The position numbers and the translations under genes are program-made. Source: Xylographa opegraphella (lineage: Eukaryota). Taken from it: 64,000 nt of DNA. Location: NCBI GenBank assembly GCA_022813865.1, contig JALDZX010000005.1, positions 310,001-374,000 on the forward strand, read 5' to 3'. Position 1 is the first letter of the stretch. Each line of letters starts with the position of its first letter. This document shows positions 34,368-48,953 of the stretch, piece after piece. The notes beneath the pieces are model-generated. The model had not been told where the DNA came from, searched no databases, and saw only the letters and a program-made list of their open reading frames with translations.

Positions 34368-35438
34368 CAAGCGCTCTGGGATTTCTTTTGATACGTTCCG
34401 CTAGGGATTCTGCATCGTATCTGTTATTATCTTTATCGTATGGGCATTTGCTATCCATATCGTTTCATGCTTCCTATTCGCCATCATAAGCCACTCGATA
34501 AAATCCTGCAATATTCTGACCACTGATGTTATTGCCTCGGTTCCTCAGACGTGGCATCAAGCCCCAGCGACTTAGAATATCCTAGCGCTTTGTTCAGGAT
34601 GTGCTAGGTGGATACGGTATCCAACCTAGGTTGTATAGCTAGACTCTACGCTTCTGGAGAGTCCCACACGCCCTCACTGAAAAGATGGCAGTCTGGGAAC
34701 AGACATTCTCAACAAGGACACTCCAAAACCCTACGAAATGAGGTGTCTGCTTATCGCGTCTCTCTGAAACGATTGTGCGAGTAGGGCAGTCGTTCACCTT
34801 GGCGTGCTCAGTACTAGCGCCAGTCATGGTACTGATAATTGTATTTTGGAGCAGGGATTGTGCTAATGCTTTTAGCCAATCAAAGCCCCTGTGCCGGGTA
34901 TAGCGGTAATAATCATTCTGCCTGATATCATAGGCCTGGGTATTGATAAAAGCACTCTATTTCGCACCTAACTAGTATCGTGACAAGTGATTCGTTCCAC
35001 AATGTGGCGAAGGACCTTCAGTGAATCGTCGCAATTTAAAGGGCTAGTGTAAGGTCCTAAGCTTTGGATCGGTCTTTTCTGGCGCTTGTACCGGACTCTG
35101 AGTCTGGGCTTCGTGGTTCGGTAGCGTATGTTCGAGCCGGAACTGACACAGCCCGACTTCCGCAAAAAGGGCCTCTATATATTCAATCGCGCCTTTATCA
35201 TTATCAATCAATGCATGGAATGCCCTCAAGAGAGAGCCCGGAAAGCACGGAGTATCGGTGTTCGGAACGCCGATGCCACCGCGCACCCCCGCATCTCTGC
35301 ATGACATTGTTTGGGTGGCTTCGATGGAATACTTAAGCACTGCGTGTCGTCGAGGAACTTCGTGATGGAATATTGCTTGCCTTTCTCAGATCTCTTGACT
35401 GTTGTACCGGTATATCGACAGCACCGCGTTGCGTAACC

Positions 35439-36940
35439 ATGACGTCGCCCGCAGGTGAGGAGGAACAATCCTTCGATCTTGCCATAATAGGTGGCGGGAT
35501 AGCGGGCATAACCCTAGCCATCGCTTTGCTCAACCGTGGGATCAAGGTCAACCTCTATGAGCAGGGTCATGCTTTTAGCGAGATCGGCGCTGGGGTGGCC
35601 TTCAGTCCCAATGCTACCCAAGCAATGGAGGTCTGCGCCGATGGCATCTATCAGGGGTTCGTGAAAGTAGCGACGAAGAACCAGTGGAAGTCCAAGGAGA
35701 AGGTCTGGCTGGAACTTGTCGATGGCTACCATCATGACGAGAGCATGGGTACCCAAGAAAAGTTCCTGTTTGAGCTGTCCAACGATTTGGGGCAGAATGC
35801 TGTACATCGAGCTCATTACTTGGACGAGCTGGCCAAGTTGGTGCCGGAGGGTGTCCCGCATTTCCGCAAGCATTTGGATCTCGTGACGGAAGAGGAGAGC
35901 GGGAAGTTGAGGATGAAATTTCACGACGGGTCCGAGGCTGTAGCAGACGCTGGTTTGTTCGAACATCTTCTTTTGGGCGAACGCTTCGTGACTGACACGC
36001 CTGGCTGCCGAAGTGATCGGTTGTGATGGGATCAAGTCTCGGGTCCGACAGTTGATTCTCGGGCAAAGCGATCTAGCCTCGCAGCCGCAGTATACTCACA
36101 AATATGCCTATCGCGGTCTGATACCCGTCAAAAGAGCGATTGAAGTTTTGGGTGAAGAGAATGCTGTGAACACGAAGATGCATGTAAGCAACCGGCTTTC
36201 CTGTAAACCATAACTTCTCGTCCTGACTGACATTCGACCAAGGTTGGGCCTGACAAGCACATCCTTACCTTTCCTATCGACAAAGGCGAAACAATGAACG
36301 TGGTCGCATTTTGGTATTAGATCACCTAATGAATTGTCATGTCCACGTGAGATTAATCTCGCTGCATAGTACGAATTCCGACCCATGGCCAGACTCACGG
36401 CATCTTACATTACCGTCGAAGAAGTCCACCGCAATCAAGGAATTCGAAGGTTGGGGCCGCAACTGCGTCGAAATCATGAATCTGCTGGAAGACAACCTGG
36501 ATTGCTGGGCGATCTTCGATACCGGCGATTATCCCCTATCAACGTACTACAAAGGTCGTTGCGTCCTGTCCGGCGATGCAGCTCACGCCACCACTCCACA
36601 CCATGGCGCCGGAGCCGGCTTCTGCATAGAAGACAGCGCAGTGATGGCCGAGCTCCTGGCCGCTGCTGCCACAAATGTCAAGAGCGGCAAAGTGAGCAAG
36701 AACCAGGCCCTCGAGGCAAGCTTTGCGGCTTTCGAGGCCGCACGGAAAGAGCGAACCCAGTGGCTTGTGCAGAGCAGTCGGCTGATTGGTGATTTGTTCG
36801 AGTGGCGGGTCAAGGGCATTGGATCCGACGTTCGAAAGATTGAGAAGGAGCTAAGGGACAGAGACGATATTATTTGGAACGTTGATGTGAGGCAAATGGC
36901 TAGAGAAGCGGTTGAAGATCTGGAGAAGCGGTTTGCATGA
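35439..36940 (+). CDS. FAD-dependent monooxygenase, salicylate hydroxylase-like (4 exons)
   Basis: [34 protein letters not shown] and [21 protein letters not shown] motifs. Confidence 0.93.
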
Positions 36941-37712
36941 TCGTGAACTATCTTTCGTGTACGTAGATGTACAGACAGAGAAACTTTAACATAGGCTTGG
37001 AAATTAGGAACATGTTAGCTCGTGACTCGACGGCTGGGCTAATGACTTTAGACGAGGCAGACCGGTCTATGAATCCAGTGACAAGATCCTCGGCAACAAG
37101 GACTATGGAAGTGTAAACTGCGACTGCCAGGGTCCGTGACAACGTTGGAACAACATAAAATCCCAACCGGGGCCCCGAACAATATCATAAGTACTATTGA
37201 TCTGCAGAAACTTGTATCAAAATGATTCAGAGTCGCATGAACACAGGTTCCTAGTTTTTGAGATTCGCACAAACGATCCAGCCAAGCTCGAATTGCTCAA
37301 GTTGTGGGGGGAAAGACACCGCTTCGTACAGTCAGTATCTCTGCCGAAACGGTCTCATGAGAAGCTGTTTTAAGCTATCTCGTTCTCTGTATTCTCATGC
37401 TGTTTGAATTGTGGGCACGTTCTACTGTACACCACAGTATGTACGCAAGGTCAAATTACTGCAAATTACCTTACCCTAAACCCACGCTGAGATGGAGTTG
37501 AGCGCAAGGACCACCTCGCGAAATCAAAAGTCCGAAGGCCCGAGCTCTATCCACACTAACGCATCTGCGGAGCTATTCCGCAAACTATCGCAAACCCGGA
37601 AGCGTTGCGGGCAAACTACAGTAACTCGAGTATTCAAGCCGATTTCTACTATCATTGTTAAGGCTGTAGTCGATACTGTCAACAGAGATCTAGACCAGTC
37701 AAACTAAAAGAC

Positions 37713-38404
37713 ATGAGTCGAGGAGGAAAGCTTGCGCCCGAGGTCAACCGGTCAGTACCTTTCGTGATGGTGGTGGGGTTACTACGCTTGTCTTGGAACA
37801 ACCTGCTTACTGCGTTCCAACAATGGCTGACTCTTTAATTATCACACAGTGCTCTTTTCGTGAAGAACCTAAGGTACAGAAGCTCCAGAACTGGCCCTGT
37901 GAGGCAGCTTTCTCCAAAGATGCTCCAGTGATTCTCGAGTACACGGTTCTTTCGCTACTGACATGGCCCAGCTATAACGTTACTCCAGACGAGCTCTTTG
38001 ACCTTTTTGGTAAATTTGGGCCTATACGGTACGCTCCGCCACACGAGACGGTTGACTTCAAGTCTCATGTATAATACTTCCACCTTTGTGTACGGTGTGC
38101 TGAAGCTACAAGCAGTCAAGTCCGCCAAGGGATCGCCAACAATTCTAAAGGCACGGCTTTTGTTGTGTATGAGGATGTGATGGATGCAAAACAGGCCTGT
38201 GACAAGCTCAACGGTTTCAACTTTCAGAATCGATATCTTGTTGGTGTGTTTTGTCTCTTGTTTGCTAATTCTGAAAGAACTTTTGCTGAACCTGGATGTC
38301 TAGTATTATACCACCAGCCAGAGAAGATGGCCAAATCGAAAGAAGACCTAGCGGAACGTCAAGAAAATCTGGAAAAGCTCAAGCGCCAGCACGGAATTGA
38401 ATAA
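37713..38404 (+). CDS. SF3B6: Pre-mRNA branch-site protein p14 (RRM), 5 exons
   Basis: LAPEVNR|ALFVKNL|YNVTPDELFDLFGKFGPIR|Q..KGTAFVVYED..LNGFNFQNRYLV|VLYHQ. Confidence 0.93.
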
Positions 38405-39227
38405 CCCGGGCATGGGCTCGCAGGTGTAAACTACGATTTGTACATCTGCTTGGAGCCACCCATTTTGTGTGAGCGGGAAAGACGGGTCTTTACTACGGAA
38501 TACGCTATTTCGAATTTTATGATTTGAGCTGACGCTCCGAAGAGCTGGCGTTGATGTGGTGTCATGGTTCTGCAGACAGACTGAGGACGGGGGCGGCTTA
38601 TGGTGGCTAGGGCCTCCAAGCGCTGGAGTGCTCCATTGTTCTCTTTCCAGCTTGTTGATGGTTAAACCAAGTCCGTGGTTGGAGCTCTATTCGAGTCCAG
38701 GATACTGCCGTATTTAGGATGACAATGATGAAATTATGCTTCTTTGATATTGTGCTAATCTCAGCTGTGAATGACATGGGTCGTGAATGGAAACACAAGG
38801 GAATGGTAAACGGCGGTCTTCTACTTCATTCCGCCTATTCTCCATATAGTGCAGTCACTAGCGTGAAAATGAGTCCCGCGATATAATTGGACGGCCGGCG
38901 TCTTCCGCTAAGCCTCATCGCCGGCTGTGTGATCAGGCGTCACTTTTACTCGAATGAACCCCCATAGTTTGAATCGTTCATATCTGTCTTTAACTATCGA
39001 CTACAGATTCACGAGTCCTGTAAATCTTATCCAGCGCTTTTCGCAGCTAGCTTGTCACCCTCAGAAGGCTATAGGGTGCAACTTCGATCCAACTCCCCAC
39101 TGTTGGTTCGAATTCATCAGCTTGACAGACTCACATGGGCAGAAGGACCTTATAATTTCTCTCTCTGGATTAAACGGAGACTTCGGTATAACGACTCAAG
39201 TTGCAGCCTGGTCTGCTGCACTGCTCT

Positions 39228-40485
39228 ATGGGCGCTATTTCATTGTTGCTTTCTACAGCAACCTCGAATGCTCAGTATGGAACCACTTCGATATCTTTAG
39301 CTGCATTTCAGCCTGCCCTGACCGCGATGGCAACATCCACACCCTCGGCAGCTTTGAGCTTTCTGGCCACCACAACGTCAATAATAACTGTCTCGGCCAC
39401 AGGTGTTGCCACGGCTGGAAAGGATTCAGGATCCGGTGCCGACAACGGAGAGTGCCAACTACTAGGGCCTTTTGCGATTTTCATACAGGCTGCGTTGGGC
39501 GGCTTGGCTCTATTGTCTTTGGTCTTCAAGAGATGGCGGGAGAGGCCCCAACGACCGCTCAAAATCTGGGGATTCGACGTATCCAAGCAGGTAGTGGGCT
39601 CGATCCTGCTTCACCTTGCGAATCTACTCATGTCAATGCTTTCCTCCGGCCAGCTAACGGTTTCGCCGACGACTACTGGCGAATACACGGCCAATCCTTG
39701 TTCATTCTATCTTCTCAACCTCGGTATCGATGTAAGTCCTCATGTTCCTATATTACTCATGTCCACTGCTAACCAGAAGCCGCGACTAGACGACTATTGG
39801 TATACCTATTCTTATCATACTTCTTCGACTATTGACTTACGGATTTTTGAAAACACCTCTGGGGTCTCCTCCAGAATCTATACAGTCTGGCAACTATGGA
39901 CAACCCCCTAAAGCCGCCTGGTGGCTCAAGCAATGCCTCATATATTTTCTCGGCCTTCTTGGAATGAAGGCTTGTGTATTTTTTATTTTTAAGGTATGTC
40001 CATGGATTATCAATGTTGGGGATTGGGCTCTTCGATGGACAGAAGGCAATGAAATGGTGCAGGTTTTCTTTGTCATGCTGTTGTTCCCGGTCATTATGAA
40101 CGCCTTACAATACTATATCATTGATGGCTTTATCAAGAACCAAAAACCTTCCGAACACGAGCCTATACCAAGCGAAGATGGGGAAACGGATGACAACCAT
40201 AGTCGCCACCGACAGGATGAAGATTGGGATGCCAGCATTGATACTGACAGCGAAGGAGATGATACCCAGAAGTCACGGCCAAGGGATGGAAGGAAACAGC
40301 CCTTCCCAAGCCGCGTGACCAAGCTTAAGGTTGACCCGAAGAAGCTCGACGAATATAATCCGGATCAGGATGGCGAAGGCAGCCCGACTGTGATTGGCAG
40401 TGGCAGCAACAGCTTGGGAAAAGACGAGGATGAGTCGTTGCTGGGGAAGGCTTCTAAAGGGCAAGTACAGGGTAAGCCTAAATGA
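39228..40485 (+). CDS. STIMATE/YPL162C-family vacuolar membrane protein (start uncertain)
   Basis: CQLLGPFA..LVFKRWRERPQRPLKIWGFDVSKQ, NPCSFYLLNLGID|TTIG, SGNYGQPP and NALQYYIIDGFIK motifs. Confidence 0.88.
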
Positions 40486-41012
40486 AGCAATGGTTCGATC
40501 TGTGGTATAAGTCTGGCAAACATCGTTCTCTGTATGGCATGGGAGTATGATGGGAGCACGTGTGTATAAATTGAATTTAGCGTGGCGTCGGGGCTCAACC
40601 GGAACTGTATCATTTTGAATAGCTCTATTAGACTCATTTAAATACAGTCGCAAGTGATGCTTTTCTCAAAAATCTTGCATGGAGTGGTTGTGAAACCTCA
40701 CATGCTCCTACTACAAACAAATTAATCAACGAGTTAATCCCAAAACATCATGTCTGGAATTTTTAATCGTTTGTTAAGTATAATTACGCAAATGAGTGTG
40801 AAATAGAAATGGCGAGACGCTGTAAACTTCGGCAATAGGTACAAACCCTGATCGACAGTGCCCAAACCCTAAAGCAGAGCCTCATTAAACAAACTCCAAG
40901 GACAGCTGGACAACTTCGATATCTCGCCTTACCGCCCCGCTCGTCGACAGCCTACTTAGAAACTCCTCTGGTGTAGCTTCATTGCTGCGTTTGCACCATA
41001 TCTATCGCAACC

Positions 41013-41748
41013 ATGCCGACGAACATGACCCTTTTCTCCATCAACGCCATCCTCATCCTCTCCACCGACGACCGCACCCGAATTCTCACGAAATACTACT
41101 CGGCCCCTCACGCACCCCTCCATGCCCCGCCAGGCTCCTCGTACCCGGGCGCAAACCCATATCCTACGGTCAAAGACCAGAAAGCGTTTGAGAAGGGTCT
41201 GATGGATAAGACGAACAAGCAGACGAGCGATGTGATATTGTACGACAACCGGGTGGTGGTGTTTAAGATGGAGGGGGACGTCATGCTTTACGTGGTCGGT
41301 GGCGCGGACGAGAATGAGGTCTTGCTGTTCAGTGTGGTGCTGGCGTTGAGGGATAGTTTGAACATATTGCTGAAGTGCGCCATCCTACGTTGTCGTTATT
41401 GGTTTCCCTGCTTTCTCTCCAGCTGCCCGCTACCCAGCCCTATATCTCCTCCTCTTCCGGGCTTCGCAGTCAATCGTTTGCCACGGACGCTGATCTTTAC
41501 TTAGGACATCTACCGACAAGAGGACAATAATCGAAAACTACGACCTCGTGGCTCTGGCGATCGACGAGATCGTCGACGACGGCATAATCCTGGAAACGGA
41601 TCCGGTCATCATCGCCAGTCGGGTGAGCAAGCCGCCGGCGCAGGATATGGTTAATATGAAGAACATCGATCTGAGCGAGCAAGGCCTGCTGAATGTGTGG
41701 GAGTTTGGGAAGCAGAAGCTGGCGGAGAGGATGAGGCAGGGGCTGTGA
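41013..41748 (+). CDS. RET3: Coatomer subunit zeta
   Basis: [53 protein letters not shown]; one intron. Confidence 0.93.
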
Positions 41749-42565
41749 GGGATCGATCAGGGGGAGCTGAACGTTATTCGCCAAGGAGATGGAGGGTACG
41801 GAAGCATCAAAATGACCACAAGGGTGGCAGAATGCTTGAGGAGAGGAAGGGCGTCTGAGGTGTAGAAGGCGCAGACCTAGCAGCCGAGTTGTTGCTCGGG
41901 CGATTGGTGGCCAGGTATAGAAGTCCGATATGAGTCGGCTTGTGGCCTCCGTTCGTGTCAGATCAAGTATCTGGCCCGGGGATTCGCGACGCCCACTATT
42001 CTACAAGAGCTTCGGTTTCGCTGCCTCCAATGATACTATCTGTTTTCGTGCTCACCTTTGGTTTCGTGGTCCAACCTCATTCCTTTTCTCTGCGTCTTTG
42101 CTTCCGGAACAGTTGATTCGCCGACTTCGTGTATTGCGATCGAATTGGCTGCGTAGCGCAGGATGATTGAATCCTTATGCATGTTCTCGACTCCTCTACT
42201 ACATTCCATTTTTTCCATACATGAAGGTCTGAAATCTGTCTACACATTTTATTACACTGTTTCTACTCTTTTATTGTATACTGCATCGCATACATCCCAG
42301 CATATCCTTACACCTCGTTGTTGATCAATTCCAATGCCAGTCCCCTTACGGTATCTCCCAATACCAGTCCGCTCGATACCGCACCTACATTGGTCTATCT
42401 CCAACATCAAGTGGTCACACCCCAAGAGCTCAATCAAGAAAATCAAAAGAACCTCTGTCTGTGGGCCTATCGCGACAATGGTAGTCATTAACCCCAATTC
42501 CAATTCATACATTTCGGTAGCTTATTATCGTCTTTCAACCGCTCGCTATCTACAAAGTCCCATCC

Positions 42566-45500
42566 TCATACACTAGCACTATACCCTCCCAAACCCCTCC
42601 TCCTCCTCCCCCTCCCCCTCCAAAACTTCCGCCCCTCATCCGCCCAAAAAACAGTACTCGCAATCACCACGAGGAGCCCCAAATCCCCCAAGCCCAGCGC
42701 CTCCGTCTGGAAGATCCGTTGCAGAAACGGGAAGTACACCACGGCCATCTGGCCCAGCAGACTGCCGCCGACCGCATAATTGAACATTTTGTTTCCCGCA
42801 AGCTTCAGCTCGCCGCGCAGCACGCTCTTACCTTCGCTACGGCACGTTAGCGCGTTGAACATGTCGAAGAAGACGAAGCACGTGAAGGTCATGGTGGTGT
42901 CGCGTGCCGAGACGGTGCTGTGCCCGGAGGTGTCCTGCGACATCTCGCGGATGTAGATGCACAGGGTGCCGAGCATGATGATGCTGGCGGAGGTGAGGAC
43001 GCGCTGGATGAGAGCGCGGGTGAGGACGCGGGCGGTCTTGGCCCGAGGGGGGCGTGACATTACGGCAGGGTCGACAGGCTCGACGCCGAGGGATTGGGCC
43101 GGGGGGCCATCCATGAGGATATCTGTGGGCCGTAAAGTTAGTTTCGGAATCGGTAAAGGTGTGGAGCTTGGACGAGGCTTACTGATCCAGAGGATCTGCA
43201 TCGCGTTCAGAGGATTCTTGAAATGGAGGATTGTGCTGATGAGAACTAAAGACAGCGCGGCGACGCTGGTGCTAAGTTGGAAAGTAATGAAATTCTGAAT
43301 ATTATAGAAAATGCCTTTGCCTTCTTCAATGGCACTGAGAATGGTGGAAAAATCGTCGTCGGTCAGGATCATGTCTGCGGCTTCTTTCGCGACGTCGGTA
43401 CCGAGCAAACCCATCGAAATACCAATGTCAGCCTTTTTCAGGGCAGGTGCGTCGTTGACACCGTCTCCAGTCATAGCCACAACATCGCCTCGAGATTGCA
43501 GCGCACGGATGATCTTCAGCTTGTGCTCTGGACTCGTGCGTGCAAAGATAGATGTTCTGGACATGGCGTCTGCCAGCTCGGCATCTGACATTCGGTCTAC
43601 CTGGTCGCCACGTAAAACCGGCCGATGACCTGTCAGACCATCCCTGGATTCATTGAGTGGCATCCCAAGTTTCCTAGCAATTGCGAAGGCCGTAGTTTCT
43701 GCATCTCCTGTGATCATTATAACCTTAACGCCACCAGCCATAAGCCGCCGGATTGACTTATCGACATCCTTCCGCGGAGGATCATTCATCCCAACGATAC
43801 CGGCAAAGACAAGGCCCTGATAAGCATCCTCATCCCGGGAGCGCGCCCATTTTCTATCCACTGACAACGCTGGAGTCGTAGCTGGAGTACTGGTACGGCT
43901 AGGATGTGTCGATCGCCCTCGACCAGAGTCTCTTATAGAACCGCTAGCAAAACCCAGGACCCGGAGGCCTTCCTGTGCCATTTTTTCCGCTGCGGCAAAC
44001 GCAGCTTGCCGTCGAACGTCATCGAGTACCACCTCTCTTCCGTCTTTTGTAAGATATGTATCGCATCTTTGCATAATTTGCTCCAATGCACCCTTTATAT
44101 ATGCGACCTCTGGGCCAGGATTGATCTCCGCAGACGCGGATTTGCCTCCTATAACCACACCCATCCATTTTCGCTCAGAACTGAAGGGTGTATCGGATGT
44201 TCGTTCCCCGATTCTTTCTCGCACGTCGTCCTCACCAAACGCGTCGAGCAAGTCCAACATGGCAACATCTGTTGGCTGGCCGACCCATCGACTCTTGGCG
44301 CCAATTTCGTTAGGATCGTGGCCCAAAGTGGATGATAAAACAGCCGCGGAGGAAGCTGTGGCTGGTGTGTTAGCGTGCATTCGTGATAGACGACCGTTAT
44401 TGGCAATATTGCCAATTCGAAGAATAGTACGAGTGGCAGAATCGGGAACTAGAGAAGCAACGTCTTTCGTGATCTCGATAGGTGTGGTGGCATCGGTATG
44501 CCACAGCTTAGTAACGGTCATATGGTTGAGGGTTAGAGTGCCTGTTTTGTCGCTGCACACAACATTGACCGAGCCCAGTGTTTCTACGCTCGGGAGTCTC
44601 CTGACAATGGCCCCCTGTTTTGCCATACGTAGAACACCCAATGCCAATGTGACGGTAACAATGATAGGCAGACCCTCGGGAATGGCGGCAACGGCAAGAG
44701 AGACCCCAATCGTAAACATCTCTAGTAGCTTTCGTCCTTGTACCACACCAACGAGCATAATCAGACCAATGACACCAAAGGACATATAGCTGAGTTCTTG
44801 ACCAAGCCGGTCCATTGTGAGTTGAAGCGGTGTTCGCGGACTCTCGATCTCTTGTAATGAGGCTGATATTGTCCCGAATTCCGTATTACCACCAGTGGCA
44901 ATCACAAGCCCTTGTCCGTAGCCAGACCGTACCAAAGTTCCCATGAATGCGATATTAATCTGCTCGTTGAGTCTAAGGTCTGCACCCACTGTCCCTGCTG
45001 CTGGAGAAGCATATGCTGGAGATAGTGGAACCCCCCTCATAGACAACCGTCCGTTACTTGACGAGCGCTCCAAGGCGTATGGCTGCTTGTTCACCGGTTC
45101 ATTCTCTCCGGTGAGGTTGGACTCGTCAATAGTAAGTTCTGCAGCATTGGTGATCCTTATATCGGCAGGTATCCGATCTCCGGTAGTGAAAAGCACAAGA
45201 TCACCAGGGACGAGTTGTGTAGCCGGTACCGTCGTCGATGCTCTTTCAGCGGCGGACAAAGCAGCAACAGAACCATCCATCAGCGGTTCTAGCTCGATAC
45301 CCTCAGGATCATCGTGTGCACGCATGGGTCTTTCCCCTTTGTTTGGCGTTCCTCTAATGAGATGTGCGAAATGCGGTACGAGCTTGTTCAACGCTTCTAA
45401 TGACTTTTCTGACCGATATTCTTGCACAAATCCCACGGTAACGACGATTGCGACCGCTATGGTTATACTCACTGCGTCGTCCAGATTGCCCATTACAAAA

Positions 45501-45907
45501 GATATGACTGCGGATCCGAGAAGAAGTAGAATTAAAGTTTCTTTAAATTGCTTGAGTAGCCGTAGCCATAAAGGCTCCGAGCCCTCTTGTGGAAGTTCAT
45601 TCGCTCCATATTGAAGAAGTCTGGCCTCTGCATCTGATGGAGAGAGTCCATGCGAAAGTGACGAATTGAGCTTGGAGTTGGCTTCCTCAGGCGATAGCAG
45701 AGAGTACGCCGAGGTTATTGACTACAGGTGACGCTACCAGTCAGTTTCCTCTTTGGGCAAACGGAATGCAAGTAATGATCTTACTGAAGAGGTCTGTGGT
45801 GTTCTGGGGGTTCGCGGAGTTGGGGCGATAGGAGAAGGGACTCGAAGAGCTGTCGATTTTGGCGCATTGAACAAGGGAAGCGCTGAAGGAGTGTGCGATC
45901 TGGACAT
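42566..45907 (-). CDS. PMR1: Golgi Ca2+/Mn2+ P-type ATPase (start approximate)
   Basis: [51 protein letters not shown] and [15 protein letters not shown] motifs. Confidence 0.96.
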
Positions 45908-46593
45908 CGTATCATCGCCGTAACGTTTGAAAAAGGGACATGAAGAAGCCGCCCGCTGTTTTGTAAATCGAAGTGTTTAGAGGACCAGCTTGTATTTCAC
46001 CCTCTTCCTTTCAAGAATAAAAATACTGACGCAGCTTCAATGTCGTAGTTGTCTGGACTGCTCATTCAATTGAACAAAGCGCAATCAAGAGAAAGTGCTT
46101 TACAATAGAAAGACAGCATTGCGCAAGGTATAGGTCGCAGAAAATCCTCTTCAGCTGAAAGCTGTTCTCCTGGTTGCAATATTGCCTGAAGTATTACTTC
46201 ATTCGTCCATCCAACAGTTCCCTGCACCAAACAATGCAAACTCGTCATCCCTGCCCTGCATGCACCGCGGGAGGCGCTTTCCCCTGCCACCTCACTTCAT
46301 CGATATCCATCCACGCCGGTTGTCGCACACACTCCTTCCACGCATCGCAACGACAGTACCTCCATTCTTGCCACAGCCCAAGGCTCATCTACGACTGGGT
46401 ATCTTATTACAAGACTCCCTTTTTATTTTGTACTGTGGTGCACAGCGCGTTTGGCGCGAGAATATCCTTTTCCGCGTCCACAAGTGACGCGCTCTGAAAG
46501 TCAACAACACCCATTACTGCCTCGAACATCTTTGTCGCGGCGCATTGTCCTTGCAACCATCCCCTACTCTTACTCAACTTTGCTCGAGCAGCC

Positions 46594-48515
46594 ATGTTCT
46601 ATTCGGAGACACTCCTGTCGAAGACGGGCCCCTTGGCTCGTGTCTGGCTCTCCGCCAATCTCGAGAAGAAGTTAAACAAAACTCATATCATTCAATCCAG
46701 TATTGAGAGCAGTGTTAGGGCTATCGTCGATGAGGGCGGAGCACCAATGGCATTACGACTCAGTGGACAGTTGCTACTCGGTGTCGTGCGAATCTACAGT
46801 CGGAAGGCTCGGTATCTCATGGACGACTGCAATGAGGCGCTGGTCAGAATCAAGATGGTACAAACTTGTCAAGCGAGTCTTCTGGTTGCTATACTAATGG
46901 TTGAAAGGCTTTCAGACCTGGTAATCTGGACATGCCTGTCAATACTCAAATTCCTAACCCAGGTCTGAACATGCCCGAGGCCATCGCGGAACCCGAAATA
47001 CTTCCCATGCTAGACGAGTCATTACTCAACACTCAGCCGATGGATATTGACTTTGGCACCAATGATAATAACCCTTTGAACTGGACAAGCCAATTAAGGT
47101 CTGATTCACCGAGCATTGAGCAAGGTCGAGGCGCGCCTGAGGAACAACCAATACTATATGAGGACGATCTTGGCCTTGACATCGATATGACAGACGAGCC
47201 GAGCATCGAGATTGGTAGAGATGCCCCACCACCTCGGTCAGTGGCAGACGACCTGATGAGTGAAGATGACAAATTCAATGGCAACGATGATCTCGGACTC
47301 GACTATGGTGACATCGAACCACTTCAACCACGAATTAGTCCCGAAGCTCCTTCCGTTCATCTCTCTGTTAACAGTCCTGGATCTGAAAGTCGCATGAACC
47401 CTGAAAATCCAGATCATTTTGCATTTGACGTGGAAGACACTACACCATTTGTTGTTCCTGCGGATCCGAGACCAGAACGTGACTCTCAATCACCACTGTC
47501 GTCTGCAAGATCTAGCGTTGTTAGAGCCTTTGATGATACAGTCCTTTCTGAGGAACCATCCATGCGTCAAGCCAGGCAGCCTGCCTCGAAGAAACGCAAG
47601 ATCCTACCTTTAGACGTTGAGACCACTTTGCACAGCAGTCAGATCAAGCAGCAACAAAACGACCGATCTGCTATTCTGAAACCTGCGTCATTTCTGCCCC
47701 GGGATCCGGTGCTTCTTACATTGATGACAATGCAAAAGAATGGTAGCTTCGTGTCGAATATCATGGGTGAAGGCAGAGCTCAAGGATGGGCTCCGGAACT
47801 GAGAGGTATTCTCTCCATCGAAGTCATCAGGATGGCAGGGTCTTTAAAGCGGAAACGTGATAGTGGAGTTGCGGACCTTGGCGAAGAGGACGAACAAGCC
47901 ATCGAAAAGGAAATGCCACGCCTAGAAATACCCGAGGATGAAGATATTGTGGTTCCAGATGAAGGAATCTCTATTGGAGAAGACGAGGCACGTCATGAAA
48001 AGTCTACTATGATCGATCTACCTGCAGATGAAAGGCTCGAATCAGAAATGGATGCGCCTAATCAGGATGGCGGTCATGCAGACCCGAATGCCAGTGACGA
48101 AGAGGCCATGAGCCCGATTCGCGATAATTTTGAAGACACCACCGTTCCACTAGTGCATCCTGTCGACCAAGGTCCGGTCTCACTCGGTACACAACACGCT
48201 GTACATCTACTTCGAGATCGATTTGGTGCTTCAGCGGAGAGCAGTCCTTCACAGCAGAAAAAAGCAAACATCTTGTTTCAAGATCTTCTACCCGAAACGA
48301 CTACCAGCAAGGCTGACGCGACTAAGATGTTCTTTGAAGTGCTAGTGCTTGCCACTAAAGATGCTGTCAAGGTCGAGCAAGCAGCTGGGGAATTAGGTGG
48401 TCCAATTCGTATAAGGAGCAAAAGAGGACTTTGGGGAGCGTGGGCTGAGAGGGAAGCTGGTGGTGAGATTGCAGAACAGGTTGAGGAGCAAGAAACGGTT
48501 TCTGCCGAAACCTGA
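46594..48515 (+). CDS. RAD21: Cohesin kleisin subunit Rad21/Scc1
   Basis: MFYSETLLSKTGPLARVWL and ALRLSGQLLLGVVRIYSRKARYL; C-terminal ATKMFFEVLVLATKDAVKVEQ; one intron. Confidence 0.95.
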
Positions 48516-48953
48516 GTACTATTTGATTCTGTGAATGTATGCCTTCTCACTCTCGGTTTTGGAGCCTTTTGGGAAGGCCTTGGGTACTGAACAGTAATGT
48601 GTGATGGATGGCTGGTTGCAAAAAAGGCCGAAGGCGTATTTTCGTCACCGAAACGTCCTGGCGATGTTGGTTTCTTCATTGACCAGGGGCTTGTTTTATT
48701 ATGTTAGTATAGCGATGCAATGAAACCATGTCGTTAAGACATCTCCATGCTCACTGAATCAAAATTCGAGAAGTACTTCTATTGGTATTTATTTACACAT
48801 TTTGTTTACAGCTACACAACGTCACTTAAGCGAATTGAGCCTTTATCGATAACGATTTCAATTAGATACGTCATACACGAGAATACTCATTTTGTCGAAG
48901 ACGCCGTGTGTGTATACACAGCTCCGTAAAATCTCTCGTAATCTACACCAAGT

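Noticed and set aside
33339..36940. Secondary-metabolite or RiPP cluster (repeat peptide plus FAD monooxygenase)
   Set aside because: No PKS/NRPS/terpene synthase or DUF3328 gene, and the repeats are not individually bounded by KR/RR sites.
18669..48515. Apparent genome-maintenance cluster (VPS71, WLM protease, UNG1, RAD21)
   Set aside because: Spread over 30 kb among unrelated genes; ordinary housekeeping gene density explains it.
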